Of a stretch of DNA of 44,063 bases, positions 22,758 to 38,700 are shown piece after piece. Position numbers and translations under genes: made by a program. Each line of letters starts with the position of its first letter. The first letter of the stretch is position 1. The notes under the pieces were generated by a model that saw only the letters and a program-made list of their open reading frames with translations, searched no databases and was not told the DNA's origin. The DNA is taken from positions 1 to 44,063 of the forward strand of contig CAJVPI010000191.1 in assembly GCA_910592345.1 (NCBI GenBank). Reading direction: 5' to 3'. This DNA is from Paraglomus brasilianum. Its lineage: Eukaryota.

Positions 22758-23096
22758 GGCCGTAATAATCTCTTACTTCATTATGATGCCAGCATTTTCA
22801 ATCACGCACAGACAAGTTCTTTGTTATTAGAAATGCTATTAAAAAGTACAATAAGAAAACAAAGAAAGGAATGATGTTTTCGTTCAATGAATCGTTTAAA
22901 TTTTACTTCCGGGAGTACGTAACACCGCGAAAATGCTGCACCTTCGAAAAGGGGAGAAAAGATCCGCTATCATCGTTTTTGCTGTTCATATACAGAAAGA
23001 AACTCCACTTTAAATTTACACAGTGATCTTATTTATTCTCATTGGCTGCGTGTCCATCAAATGTTTGGGCCCCGGCCGTAACTTTTTTCCCATCCG

Positions 23097-25688
23097 ATGA
23101 TGGACTTCAGAGCAGCAAATACCTCAATTGTTTCTGTCTCGCCCAAACTTGCATATTTTTGCGTCTACAACCCCTCCCTTGGGACTACTGAGGAGACGCA
23201 AGACAAGCAAGTTTTGTTTTATGCTGCACATGATGAAGTTCCAATCGATGTACAAGTTCGACAGACTGGTCTAGCTCAGGCACTTGTAAACTTTACAAAG
23301 TATACTTTCCATTATTGAAATAACAATATCCGTCTTTAGGAGCGATCGATACCGGTTATTTGCTATCCACCATGCTTATCTTACTTTCATCAAACCTGTA
23401 GAGTGTTTTCCCTCTCTAAACCATGTGAAAATGTACATACTCAGAAGAACAGGCTTGCGTTTCTGGAGCCCGAACCAGGGTATTGGATTCATATTGTAAA
23501 GTTTATTTACTGATGACATCGTTACGGTTCGCATGTCAATTATAAAATCGTTGTTGTTGACTGAAAATGGCGTTGGAATTAGTCTGTGCATTTAGGTTAT
23601 CTCCAGAAAATGGTAAAAACCAAAGATGGCAAGATCAAACCGATTTTCGAGTATCTCGACGAGAATTTGCACGATTCGGAAATAAGAAAAATGCTCGAGC
23701 TCGGGTATGAGTTGTTTCGGGTATGTATGCGATTTCTGCGTCGAGGATAAAAACAAGCAAATCTTATATATTCGGATCCTTGATATCACCGCAAAAGTTG
23801 CTCCCATCTTGCTGATTCTATCTGATTTTGTCAACTTTAGTTATTCAATGGAACATTTAGCAGCATTGTGAAGAATTCAGGAATATCAGGCTTGAAGTCA
23901 AAACTGTCGGAATTCTACGGGACTTGGGTATTTGAATGGGATTGGGAAAAGACCGAATTAACCAAGATCATCGATGGTGATATTCTATTCCAGCTACTAA
24001 TTTCCGTCTCTATTAAATTTTATGCTGTTTCTACTACTAAACTGTTTTTCTTTATTCAGGAATGTATTATCTTCCACTTCCTGGTTCACCGCATACTTGC
24101 GTCACGTCGCTCGTAACGGCATTAGAAAAAGATTACGACATGATCTCCAATACTTTTGTTTTATGGAATAATAAACTTGTATATGGAGGTACCAATTTGG
24201 CAATGAGCGATGCGAAGAATATCTATACCCATCTGATACGACTTTCAAAAGAAAGAGAGGCTGCAGAGAAGCAAATGGAGGAAGAAAAAAGAAAGAAAGC
24301 AAAGGAAAGCGATAAGGTTGATATTTACAGGATCCCCAATATCAGCATAAATAATTGCTATACAAGTAATACTCATCACTTGTTATAAAGCTTATTATTT
24401 CATCATGAGCAATATATTTTTCTACTCCAAGTCTTTCTCATACCTATTTCTAAAAAAAACAACAAAAACAAACAAACAATATACAGTTATACATACCAAC
24501 GTTTAGAGGCCTAACACGAAATCTATCCGGAAGTAATCTATTCTCATATTTCACAACAGGATTCTCACAAAATACAAACACTGAGAACACAACTAAAGAC
24601 GCCGCTTCATCAGATTCAACTACAGTATCTGCTCTTGCTGCGAATTTTCTGACCGGAGTACCCGTCGATTCCGAAGAAAATGGTACCAGCCCTCTAACTG
24701 TTCATCTTCATAAAGTCGGTTCGCAAGTCGGCAAGAACGTTGCGAAGGAGGAGAACGTTGAACATTATCTTGTTGCTTATAAGGTACATTATGATGGATC
24801 TTACTGTTATGCTTTCTCTTATTCGCTTTTGAGTTTCTGCAAGTCTCACCCGTCAGATTTGGTTTACTTTTTTGCACGTATAGCATGATTCGCTTATAGT
24901 CGGTTTTCTAATACCCAGTAGCAAACCGTCAATGTCCACTAACATCCGAAGCTTGGGTTTCTATCAAGCCCTCGATGATTATCTATCTACACATATCGAA
25001 GGCATAAGCAATCTTCTGAAAGAAGGCAATGATCATTCGAGGAAAACTGGGTATGTCAGAGGGTTAGTGGGTACATTTAATAACGTAAATTGTGGTTTCC
25101 CTCATGAAATTTGCAAAAGGCAAGTTCCCTGACGTGGGCTGGAAAATCATCTCCTCCATGTTTTAGAGCGGATGTAGATAAAGAATATCGATACTTGTTT
25201 TGTAACAAGTTAACCTTGGCCGTAAGATCGTCCATTTATTCGCCGGCTGGCAAAGGCCTTGCCATCAATACGGAGATGGCGCATGTTCTATGTAACCTGC
25301 ACGAAGATATGGAAAAGTCCGTACAATGGCATCAAGATTTGTGTTAGAGTTATGGCTTTTTTGTATATTTAATATTGCCCATGTTTATTATTGGTATCTG
25401 GTGTATTTTTCGAAACAGGTATCAAAATTTAACAGAAATCTATACACGATCGTCGAATAACTTTTGGGTAGTTGGCAAGAGACACGATGGCCGCGAATTG
25501 TACGTAATAGTCGAGAAGAAAGATGCAAAGTTGGCAGAAGTTGAAGGTATAGGGAAAAAAACCAAAACGAATAGCCTTTTGAATGGTTAGAGTCGTCGTA
25601 ACTCGTCTAATACATTGATACTATCGCTTTCGTAGAGGATGTAAGAAGACTAACAGCCTTGTATTTCTCTGGTATATTTATGGATTGA
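23097..25688 (+). CDS. CCZ1: Vacuolar fusion protein Ccz1 (Mon1-Ccz1 Rab7/Ypt7 GEF subunit), multi-exon
   Basis: N-terminal longin motifs FCVYNPSLG.TEE...KQVLFY...RQTGLAQALVNFT, then KPCENVHTQKNR...EPEPGYW (exon from 23402). C-terminus YRYLFCN...NNFWVVGKR..RELYV...EDVRRL...FSGIFMD* (TGA 25686-25688). Middle exon boundaries are approximate. Confidence 0.92.
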
Positions 25689-26312
25689 CTCGTACAAGAA
25701 TCGTACTGACTGGTTATTGATAAAATTAACATGCCCTATTAATGCTCGGCGGAGAAACATATTAGAATTCGATAATATATGCTATCCCTTTTAAGTATTT
25801 CAGTCAATAAGCCCCGCAAATTAAAAATCATTTCCGTTAAGGTTCTTGTTTGTGGTACAACTTTATTGAAACTGGGTGTCCTCGGCTTTGGATACGTTTA
25901 ATTTAAATTCCTTGTGTAAATGGGAGTGGTTATTAATATCTTCATGGAACACAAAGTCATAGACCGCATTTCCCGTCGTCGTCTTTGATCAGAATGTTAC
26001 AACGACACCCAGTATTCGTGCAACTCTTTCGGGTTCGAGCGTCACATGTGTACCACATGTATATTATCTGTAACTCACCAATCTTGCAAGCTTTGCCATT
26101 CACCTATCTTCTAAACTTCCTTTGCAGGTTCCCTTTCCTTTCTATTTTACATTCATTTTACTCATTGCCTTTAACAATAGGCAATAATCCCTTCAAACAC
26201 ACTCGAAAACCTGTCTTCCCTTTCGTACCACCAAGTCGCCCGTCCAAAATTTCGCCTTCATAAAGTGGGAAGAAGAGCTTACAATACATGCCGATATAAA
26301 TGATAAATTAAC

Positions 26313-29300
26313 ATGTCTGTTCCGTCACAAACAAGATCATATTCCGCTAGCGATATCCGTAAAAATACAATACCAGATGAACATAGTATGGAAACTTTAT
26401 TACAGCAGGCCATCAATGAGCGTAATTTTCTACGACAGCAAAACGATCAATTATGGAAGATAATTGAGAAGCAAAAGACCGTTATTAACAACCTTCAGAG
26501 GGATAACCAGAAACTCGTATATGAGAGAGATCGACGCCATTCCAAGCCCAATGCTCAAAACCGACCAGAATCTATTCAAGAAGATCCAAAGAGGATGAGT
26601 GAAGTTACTCTGGTTAATAACGAAATCGGCATGGTAACTGCCCAAGACAAAGGTATAGCCGAAAGTCCAACTACATACAATTCAAATTCAATCAATCAAT
26701 TGAATTCTCCAACGGTTGCGTCGAATTCTGACCGGGGCCCGCAAGCTAGAGACGAGAATGTTCAGCAACATCCCGAACCGCAACAACCATTCCAACAACC
26801 ATCACAGTTACCAACGGAAACGTCGGTAAAATTATCTGAACAAAGCCTCCTCGATAAGCAAGACAGTCCCAAATCTGAAAGCGAGCAGCAAGATAAGCCG
26901 CAATCTCAAAATGCCAGTGACCAAATGGATCCTGTTACGAGCTCATCACCAGTTTTGCCTCAAATCGACAATAGCCAAGATGATAAAACTGTCGCCGACA
27001 CTCGTCAGCCTGAGGACATCAAAGACAATGAAGCAACCCGACAATTGTCCGATGATGTTGTTCAACGGGAATTAGAGACCGAACAAGAATCCACTTTGCA
27101 GATTAACTTGCAAGTGGATGTTTCTAACGGGAAACCAATACCTTCACCAGAATCACCAGTTATTATCGATTTCAGTAAAGATAAAGAAACAGAGCATAGA
27201 ATGTCTAAACCTTTAAATGCTCGTCCATTAATAAAACAATTAGATACGTTAAAGAAGGACCGCAGACACAGCAGGGTACCACCACGTAAAGATTTAGAAC
27301 GCGCAGATTCGCCTTCTGATAGTTTGCCACCAACTATAAAAGTATATAGCTTGCCTTCATCACCCAAGATTATGAACGTCATAGAAAACAAGCACATGTA
27401 TGATCATTCACGAACAAGCAGCGTACCATTGGCCTCAACATATCCGCGGGAAAATGAAACTCAATTACCGAAAATCAACACCATAACAGTGGGATCTCGA
27501 GAATCAAAGTCTACTAGTCAAATATCAACCGTTGAAAGACCTCAACATGAAAAATCTGCTCATATGCTTGCACACGCCAACAGTGACTCCAACCTTACAG
27601 CACCAGTCCAGAAAACGATCAAAACGCACAAATCGGTTGATTCCATGTCGGAAACTCGATCTCGACAGCAACAGCGAATGTCGATGATGCCGCCCCGATC
27701 AGAATCAACCGGAACGATTAAGCCCGTAATGAGACATGGGCCAACGATAGCTGATGATAGAGTTTTGGACCCTAATGCTGGACGAACGTCATTGTCCGTT
27801 CCAACACCAACACCAAGACGGAATCGTAATAGTTTTGTTATGACTTCCAACGAATATAAAGTTCCAGATAATATAAACACAGAAATTCAAAATCCCCAGG
27901 CAATTAATCAAATGCCGCAGAAAAGCCTAAACATTAATACTCTTGTAGATTCCCATATACAGAACACACAACAGCCGGATAGACAATCATATTCTTCAAG
28001 ATCATCTGTAATTCAGTCACAGCAGATCAACCAAACGATTACCAACGAACCCCTTCCCATGGCTATCCCGCAAATGCAAATTAATCAAAAGCCTGTTCTG
28101 CAAACAGCCTCTGAAACCTCAAATATGGATCTAGATGATCTCTCTGAAATTACCGTCAAAGTAGTCGGGAGTACCATTCGAACTAACGAGAAAGGCAAGG
28201 AAGTACTTATGTTCTTGGTCGCAATTGAGCGAGCAGCTACTGACGGAGAGTTATGGCGGGTCGCCAAGCTATATTCGGATTTCTTGGCGTTAGACTTGAA
28301 GGTGTGTACACTTTACATTTCTGTAAAAAATAAAGTAAAGCGGCTTGAGGAGTGAAACGTTCTGACTAGTTTATTTACAGTTGAAACAGCGACAAAAAGA
28401 AAACTTTGCAAGCAAGAACGCTAAACTACCCGATAAGAATCTTTTTTCAAACAATGCCCCCAGCAAAGTTGATCAGCGAAAGGTGTGGTAATCACATAAC
28501 AAGTATTTTTTTTTTGTCTATGGATGATAATAAATATGCTTACCCCAATCATTTATTTTAGCTCGCGCTTGAGAAATATTTGCAACACGTGATTTCACTT
28601 AAATGGGATGATGATCAAGATCTACGTGAATTTCTCAAATCAAATGTAATCGAACAATATACGACCGAAAATCAGGTACAATAACCATTCACATAACATT
28701 TGGTTATTTAATATTCTATTCAAGCATCATCTTATTTTGATATTCTATTGCTAGCCTGGTTACAAGGAAGGTTACTTGACAAAACGGGGGAAAAGTTTTG
28801 GCAAATGGAAAACACGATACTTTGTTATCAAAAAACCACTTTTGGAATATTATGAATCGGTAAGGTTTGCGCAGCATTATCAGATCGATATCGACAAAAC
28901 ATCCAGCTTATTGACAAATTGTTTTACATTGAAATAAACAGAAAGATGGCAACCACCTTGGTTCAATCCGCTTGGCCAATGCCCAGATTGGTCGACAACA
29001 GAACAAAAATCTCACGGATCCAGAAGCACCAGGAAGCGAAAATGCGTATCGGCACGCATTCTTAATAATGGAACAGAAAGGCGGTTTAAAAGGACCTGTT
29101 AAGCATATTCTATGTGCTGAAAGTGACGCAGAGCGTGACGAATGGGTTGAGACCCTACTTCAGCATGTAGGAGTAGAGGAAGAAACTCAAGAACGCAAAA
29201 AGGACAAGTCCGGAAAGGAAGCAAAGAAGAAATTGAGCGTTGTCAAATTAAACGCTCAAATAATGGAATTTGCTATGCAACAAGCGCAAACGGAAATACA

Positions 29301-31147
29301 TAATGAAAGGGCCCCTTATCAACGTCATGGAACGAGCGAATCGGTCACCTCTAACTTTAGTTCAGCATCTATTACTTATGATCAAACATCTCCGCTCTCG
29401 GCATCTCCACATTCAGCCTCTCCGCTCTCGACGTCTCCCAATACTCAAATACTTTCTTCAAATAACCTCCCAGCCAATTCTCAAAACGAAAATAACTTGC
29501 ATCTCGGGCAATCTCTTCGTGATAGACCACGCAGTCACACACCTGAGAATAAGGATTCGCAGTTGCAAGAAAACTATAATCTACAAGCATATCAGTCATA
29601 TACCCAAACTCTTAGAGAACCTAATATAAATCTTAATGCCGGATCGTTCCGTAAATCATTGGATGATCCTGACAAAAAGGACCGAAAGGGGGTTCGCATG
29701 ACTTTCTTTGGAAAGAGTATGTTCGGCTACGGAAGTAAAGAGGAGAAAAAGAAGAGTATTTCAGCATATTCGGGGGCTCCTAAAATCGTGTTTGGGGTGT
29801 CTTTAGACCAGGCTATTGCTGTTGCAAGAATAAAAGAAGGGTATGAATTACCAGCGATTGTGTATAGATGTATAGGATATTTAGATGCTCAAAATGCTGC
29901 GTACGAGGAAGGAATTTACCGACTGAGCGGATCATCCAATACCATCAAATTGTTGAAGGAGCGATTTAATGCTGAAGGTGATATCGATTTATTGGCCGAG
30001 GGGAATCAATATGATGTACATGTTATTTCTGGTCTACTTAAAATGTATTTGCGAGAGCTACCTACTCCTGTACTGACTCGGGAATTGCATCCTGAGTTTG
30101 TTCGTGTCGTTGGTAAATAGTTTTAACCTTTTTGTTATCTAAGACCTTATGTTTTTTTAACGAGTTAACCGTTGACGATGGGTTTTATCGTTTTTAGATC
30201 TTCTTGATCGCCGAGAACGAATCAACGAACTTGGTAGGCTCGTATCAGCTCTCCCAATTCCAAACTATACTCTGCTACGCACATTAATTGCCCATCTCAT
30301 TCACGTTGTACAAAACTCGGATATCAACAAGATGACGGCACGAAATATCGGAATTGTCTTCTCACCTACTTTGGGCATACCCGCTGGAGTATTTAATCTC
30401 TTTATGGCAGAATTCGACTATATATTCTTTACAACTTCTGATGGGTTAGCGGCACCACGAACTATCGAGCAAGAGCCGGCTGCCGTCGAGTCAGATCGAC
30501 TAGACGCACCCCATCAGCCACTCGATGAGAGCGCGAATTCTACTAATGAACCATTATTACCGACACCACGTTACAAAGACATCCGCGAAGAACTAGGCGG
30601 TAGAAGTAACCGCAACAGCGTACACTATATGGACAACGTACCTGAAGCATTAGTTGGACTGGAAAAGAAAATTACAGAGAAAGTTATTGCAACAGTTGTT
30701 GGTGATGACGAGGTAAACGACCTCGATCTTGTGGCAGAGGAAGAGGAGGATATGTACCAAGACTCGGTTGACGAGGTTTCTGCACCCCAACTACTTGCGC
30801 AATTTCCAACACCGCCAATTCAAGACACACGATCTGCTCCACAGTCTCCACTAACAACTTCTCAACATCCGCTTCTCCCGCGATCCAATTCTGTACCTGT
30901 AAGCTCGCACGCAGGGCCATCACATATGCCACCACAACAAACTCCTTCACCTAACGACGAATTCATTGCATCACAAGATGATATGGTGGGAGACATGGTA
31001 ACGGGAAAGAAACGGAGACTAACTGTAAGGAATTATACATCACAAGACTCAATGTTTGAAGTATATGAACAACACAGACAGGTAGCAGAAGAATTTGCAG
31101 TTCTTGCCGAAATCGGAAAGAATAATGTAGTTGCTGGTGGTCAGTAG
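26313..31147 (+). CDS. BEM3: PX-PH-RhoGAP protein (Bem3-like Cdc42 GAP)
   Basis: Exons 26313-28301, 28381-28482, 28562-28675, 28755-28859, 28942-30112, 30198-31147. N-terminal coiled coil (QNDQLWKIIEKQK), PX (WRVAKLYSDFLALD), PH (KEGYLTKRGKSFGKWKTRYF...CAESDAERDEW), RhoGAP (EGIYRLSG arginine finger, LLKMYLRELP, MTARNIGIVFSPTL). Confidence 0.9.
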
Positions 31148-31507
31148 GAATCCTCGCCGAGTGGAGGAAATGGTTATTATTGTCGTATAGTATTCTGTAT
31201 TGTATATCTAGTTATTCTACCTTTTTTTATCAATCCTGTTTTACTATATAATACCGTTCATTTGTCGATTACATGGGTTAATATTTTAGAGAAAACGCCA
31301 TAGGGCGGTTGTAAAAATAGCTTATTAATATAAGATAATTTCATCAATGGTTGCTTAATAAAGTGCGTGTAAATTTCATTAGTCCTATAATTTATCGTTG
31401 TTCCATGCACGTCATACATATATGTGCAGATCTCACGTTACAAAAATGTTCATACATTTTCGTCGTTATCATGTTGATAAAAACTCTTCCACGTTCAAGT
31501 ATTCGAC

Positions 31508-32754
<1,247 letters not shown>

Positions 32755-33269
32755 CGATAAATCGATAGAATGCGAGGAAATCACGAAAGATAAAATAGAC
32801 GAAAGATAGAATATTCATCGAACTGTGAGAGGGAAAACCTGGATGAAAGATGAAATTGGCTGAACTTTTAGGAATCCCGTCAAAAAAAAATAAACTACAT
32901 AATAAGACAGAAAGCTATATAGTCTTCCGAAAGATTTGCGAATCCAAACTATAGAAAACTGACTTCAACAACTTGCTTATTGGTACCGCGATTGTATCTC
33001 CTTGTCAGATAGCTTTTTGTTAAAATCGCGCAAGTTTTTCGATGGTTTCACCAATAAATCTGTTCAAACAATTAGTAAAAGAAGTCTTGTCGAAAGTGTA
33101 ATGGTCGCGTTTACGTCAAGTTTTAGAGCTAAGCTACAGCTACGTTCATTGAATCATAGTTCGCCCGCCTAATCACTTTCATTCGCCGCGAGGCCCACCG
33201 CAGTCGGCAATTTTAATGCACAGAATTATAAGTGCAACGAGACTGATTTGATGTTGTTACTCTTGAACA

Positions 33270-35667
33270 ATGTCACGTCTGGCAATTGATAATTTGATTC
33301 AATCCTCCTCAGATGATGATGGCTATGATCTTGAATGGATCTCTTATTCCGAATTTACTAACATACGGTTATGCCAAAACTCCATTAACCGAACTATCTA
33401 CTACGCCGCTCGCCGCCATCAAACCTATCGCTATGGTAACAATGTCATGCTATTACTTCTCGGAAACGCTAAAAAATGCACGTCAGAATTTATAAGTGCT
33501 TTAGCCAAAAAGTACTCACTTCCAACGCACAAATGTGTTGAGTCACTTCATCAGTCCAAAAAACATCAAAGATGGCTTGAATATCGCCCGCTCATACTTG
33601 GATTTACCGAACATGAAGACAACTATTATCTAGTTGCTTCTAAAGGCCTCTACCATTTTTATTCTCGATACGGGTTCTGCTCTGCATGTGGAATACTGCG
33701 AAGTAGTCCCGTGTGGTGTAGTTGCGGGCATAAAGAATTATCCGATACGTGGAGCAGCAACAATGAGAAACTCGATGAATTTATTAGAGAATCTCAAATT
33801 CAAACAAGCTCAATACGTGAAGCCTATTTAGAATGGATTCCATTTAATTGCATTAAAATTAATAATAACAGTGTAAACTTAAAGGGTCTACCTGCTATTG
33901 CTGACGTAAAATTGATCCCACTTGAGATAACTGATGAGACAGATGATTCATATTATGACAAGGTAAACGACTCAAGTATACATTATGTTATGTTCATTGG
34001 TGTCTATCTACTTAAAACAGTGCTTAATTTCTATAGCTGTGTGATCAGCATCCAGATATTTTTATCACAAATGTTTGGATCACTATTGGATTTACATACA
34101 AATCAGAAGAACAGAAATATTATCTGATTAAAGAACTGTCAGAAGATGGATTGTGTCTGGCATGCGTGGAACGATTGGACTCTCGCAGACCCGCATTCTG
34201 TTTCCGATGTAAAGCACCAAGACCTCTTGATTGGACTACTGCCAATAATTCTCTGGATTCATTTATAATGAAATCATGGAATAATACGACGAGTAGATGT
34301 GATGCATATCTGCAATGGATAGAGTATTCTCGATTGACAAATTTACGAGAAGCGACCTTGTTGCACCATGAATGCACACATATAGCGGATTGGTTAGAAC
34401 CAGCAACAAATATGCTGATTCAAGTGATACTTAAGACAGTTGTTGATGGAAACCATGGTCAATCGTTTGACTTTTATAAGGTAAATTATTTTCATTTATG
34501 ACGATACAAATAATAATACTGTTTCTATGTGTTCAATCACAATTGTTGTAATGATCATATTGTTTATTCAAAGCAGCTGACCAAGCATTATCCGGAGATA
34601 TTAACACCAGATAATATATGGGTTATTGGAATTACTCAAAAACCATCTACTAGAGACTATTGTTTGGTGTTCTACAGCGGGATACGTCCAATATTGAGCA
34701 AGGTTATGCAAATTTGCACAACCATAAAATATATAGAATATACGGATTTTAGCAATATCAAAGGAATTGGTTCCGGTAGATATGGAACAGTTTATTCTGC
34801 TAAACTTAGAAACAGATATTATGCCGATGAACAAAAACGCGTCGTTCTCAAATGCTTTAAGAATTTCGATCAGATGTCGAAATTATTTATTTCCGAAGTA
34901 AGCAATTTCGTTACAATTAACGTTAGTTTTTAAAATTGTACTAATTTATGTTGTAATAGCTCAGAAATTATGTCAAGTGTAGCTGTGGTATATTACTTCG
35001 AGTTTATGGATTTACACAACAACCAGAGACAGAAGAGTACTTGCTTGTAACGGACTATGCCAAGAACGGCAACCTTTTGTCTTTTTTGAATCGAAATATT
35101 AACGAGATGAAATGGTGCAACAAATTAGAGTTTCTGATAGATATTGCAGATTGTCTGTATAATATTCATATCAGTGGGCTGGTATATGGGGAACTGCATG
35201 GTGGAAAAATATTGTTTACCACCCCGGAATATGAAGATTCGATTAAAGCGTTCATATACGACTTTGGTTTCGCGCAATCAACGGCGTCTGAGACAAAATC
35301 AACCATTCATGGTATTACACCTTTTATCGCACCAGAAGTCTTCAGCACTCGAAAATTTACTACAGAGTCGGACATATATGCATTTGGCATTATCATGTAC
35401 ATGATAGCCAACGGTGAACCACCTTTCGGAAATAGATCATTTGATGGGGACTTTGTATGCGATGTTCTGGGTGGACTACGACCTACGATGCCTGATTCTG
35501 CGCCAGAGGCGTACAGGAAAATTGCAGAACGTTGTTGCGATGCCGATCCTAAGAAGCGTCTAGCGTGCAGGGAACTTTATTCACTTATGAAGGATCTTTT
35601 CGAAGCTATACACAACTACGATCCTCAGAACGATATATGGCATGAAATCTATTTTACTAATGTATAA
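33270..35667 (+). CDS. TKL-type protein (pseudo)kinase, copy 2; ~721 aa
   Basis: Exons 33270-33962, 34037-34480, 34577-34897, 34960-35667, with the same intron positions as copy 1. GSGRYG, VVLK, YGELHGGK (degenerate catalytic loop), DFG, APE, SDIYAFG. Confidence 0.85.
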
Positions 35668-35769
35668 TCCAGCACCACGGGAGTACTGAGATTGTTCTTC
35701 ATTCACTGATCTCTAACCTCATCCCTAGAACGAAAAATTAGAATGTATGGAATGGCATCTATTATACTT
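35665..35769. other. 105-bp insertion flanked by ATGTA direct repeats, interrupting the kinase 2 C-terminal tail
   Basis: ATGTA at 35660-35664 and 35770-35774. Removing the insert restores ...NV-EPLSRFEK, matching DVKPLSCFEKESKYSS of copy 3. Confidence 0.65.
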
Positions 35770-38700
35770 ATGTAGAGCCTTTATCACGTTTCGAAAAGAG
35801 TAATACTCTGGCACAGTTTTACCTACAGGATTTTTTGGCTGAACGAATAAACAGGTATGAATATGTGATTTTTTTCTATCAGTTCAGTGGCTCAAAATCT
35901 GGATAACGCACACGGGATACCAATTGTTTCAATAAACACTCATTCGTTTATTAGTATGCAAGATGACTTTTTTAATAGAGTATAAATTCTAGATAGTATG
36001 GTTGGATTTAAGTGGCTCTTATAACATTATATCAATTGGTAACGTTTGTTCAAAACTTACGCGCTCTATTTTGATGTGTCTCATGCATAATGTTGTCCCC
36101 TGATCAATATTAACAATTATTGATAGCAAAAAATTCGCTTTTGTTGGGGAACAATTTAGTTTTAACATTTTCTCGGCGCATATCGCCAATCTTTAAGTCT
36201 TGCGCTATACCTTATATTAACAGCGTTTACTTGCAAACAATGTGACAGGATATTGCGCAAGTTAAATAGTATTGTAGTAGTCTTGTTTATCAATAATTGA
36301 AAGCTTCATTCAATCTTTTACCTATTTACGCGTAAATGCCTCTAGATTGGCACTCGATGTAAGCGCTTTTATATTTTAACTTATTTGTTTGAGATTCTAG
36401 GCGGAGTGGTACGGCATTTCCGAGTTACTTTTGGTCTCTGCGCACGTTCTATGTATTGGGCCGTTTCCGCTAGATATTATTCGTGTAACCCTATCGCGGA
36501 AGAGAATTCAGTGCGACATCAATTTGACGTGTTAATATAATTATAACATTGAATTAGCAAATTACGGGTTACTCCTGATATTGCATTCTAAAATTTTCTA
36601 CCAATGAGTAAGGCCCAGCCATGCGGCGTTTTATAATACACTACACAAATTTTGTCCTTTTATATTTATAGTGCAAATAAACAATGAGTGGATAGATTTA
36701 ATTACAAGTCCCGACCGTTTAATAGATAAAGCGCCCTTCTATCTCCAATAGAGATTAATTATCGGAGTGTTGCGAAACTTATAGTTATAGTACTGTCTTG
36801 GTACACATACCAAATAAAATAAGTACTTGTTACAAATCCAATGACAATTGGGCTTTCCCAATATTGGTGGGTAATAGTAAACATTCAATGTGAATGAAAA
36901 AAACCAAACAAGCTTGTCATTATTGTTAACTCTGAATAAGATATGCTATTAACCGCTAGTCTTTTTAGTTGACAAATTAAGACCAGTGTGATAACTTATC
37001 ATGTAATTGCTTTTTTTCCATCGTTATTACAGACTTATCAATAGAAATTGCCATCGTCCTTGAAGCTTCGTCAATTCTTTCAGATATTTGCTTGAATGTA
37101 CTCTAATCAGAATTACTAACATAGCATGTATTTTTGCTAATTGATGCATTGAGTGTATCTGCATGTTATTTCATTAATACCAATTATATAAAATAAAGTA
37201 ATTCAAAAGAATTGAGCCATTAGATATTAAATACTAACTGGTATACTTAAATTTGGACGTACTGTATACACAGTCACTCGGACTGGACTAAAACAGTCAT
37301 ATTTATCGAGAGTTTATTATAACGAAAATCTTTTTTATAACAAAGTTTAGATTTATTTAATTGGTTTAATTTATTGTTATCCCCAATTATAGTGATGATT
37401 TACACATTTTGTTAAATCGAGATCGGTTTCCTAGCACAAAAACATCATTATATGTTATAATACTGTATCCTCACTATATCAAGCCTAATTTTATTATAAA
37501 CCAAATTTTTCGAAGAATGTGATATATTTTTGTCCAGAAAACCTGTTGTGGCAAAGAGTACCGTTGATGGAGATTTTCGTGGAGTCTGTACTGGCAGTGC
37601 TCTGCTCCATTTCATCGAGCATTCGACAAATGTTTTCCAGGATATGATACTGAGTTTGGTAAATTGCTGCAGGGAGACCACAGGCTTTTGGAGTGGACGT
37701 GACTCCAATAATCGGACATATTCATCAGGGTAGAGAAAGCTTGGGCATTGGTAGCATCGGAGGCATAGGGGCAGATGTTGGAGGATTAGGCGCTGCTACT
37801 TTAAGGATGAAAGTTTGCCTTATTGTTTACATTGGATTATAATGAGCGTGTTGACAATAAAACTAACCATACTGATTCTTTAATGAAACCAAAGTATTAT
37901 CAACCAGATAAGGCAATTTCCCCTCGAGCTTCATCTGTTTATCATGACAATATTCTCAACATTATTACAAAACGCAACAGCAGAAGAACATTAGAGCAAC
38001 CAGCATCACCCGAAGCTCCAGATTCTGTTTCTTACAGCTCCTTCAACAAATAGTTGTAGGAACATCAATTTTGAGTTTATGCAAATACCGCATGATCTGG
38101 CTTTGTTCGCTGCGCAGTCTTTTTTCCTAATGGCTAATTTAGACGAAGAACTATTTCAGAGTGACCTACGAGCATATCAAAACTTTGCAATTGTATGGGC
38201 GTACTACACCGCGTGATTTATGTTAAAGAGTCGTCTCCAAGTGTTGTCGCGTCAACAATTGCAGAAAACAGAACAGCGCCAATAGGCATTGTCGGTTCAG
38301 ACAGCGAAGATGGGGGCTTTCATAGGTCTTCTATCGAAATTTATCCTGCTTGAAAATTCTACTAAGTATCGCTCAATTTGTCAGTGGGGTGTTAGGTGAT
38401 TCATTGTATTTGGTATTCCCAGACTATACTATATTCCAAATATGTCCGAGGCGCGTATGTAATTCACAACAGTTAGGTAATCTCTTTATCAGCAACATCG
38501 TTTAGTCAATTTCTCAGACAGGAAGAACGCTCTTTACGCACGCTAACGTTGCTTCATGTGGCATTACAGGGGCGGCTCGGATTCTCAGCAATCCGCCATC
38601 AAAAATTGTTTAAGAATTTGGTGCTTTGTATCCCTTGAGCGGAATACCATTAGATTCTACTCTTATTGTTAATCAGCACGACGAGGAAATGTGAGTATCA

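Noticed and set aside
22649..22781. Minus-strand signal-peptide-like MK*EIITAIAIIAIIAVIASIASP
   Set aside because: Stop at codon 3, and the hydrophobicity is a by-product of the 9-bp repeat.
26451..30950. Antisense ORFs within the RhoGAP gene
   Set aside because: Opposite a well-supported CDS and carrying no motifs.
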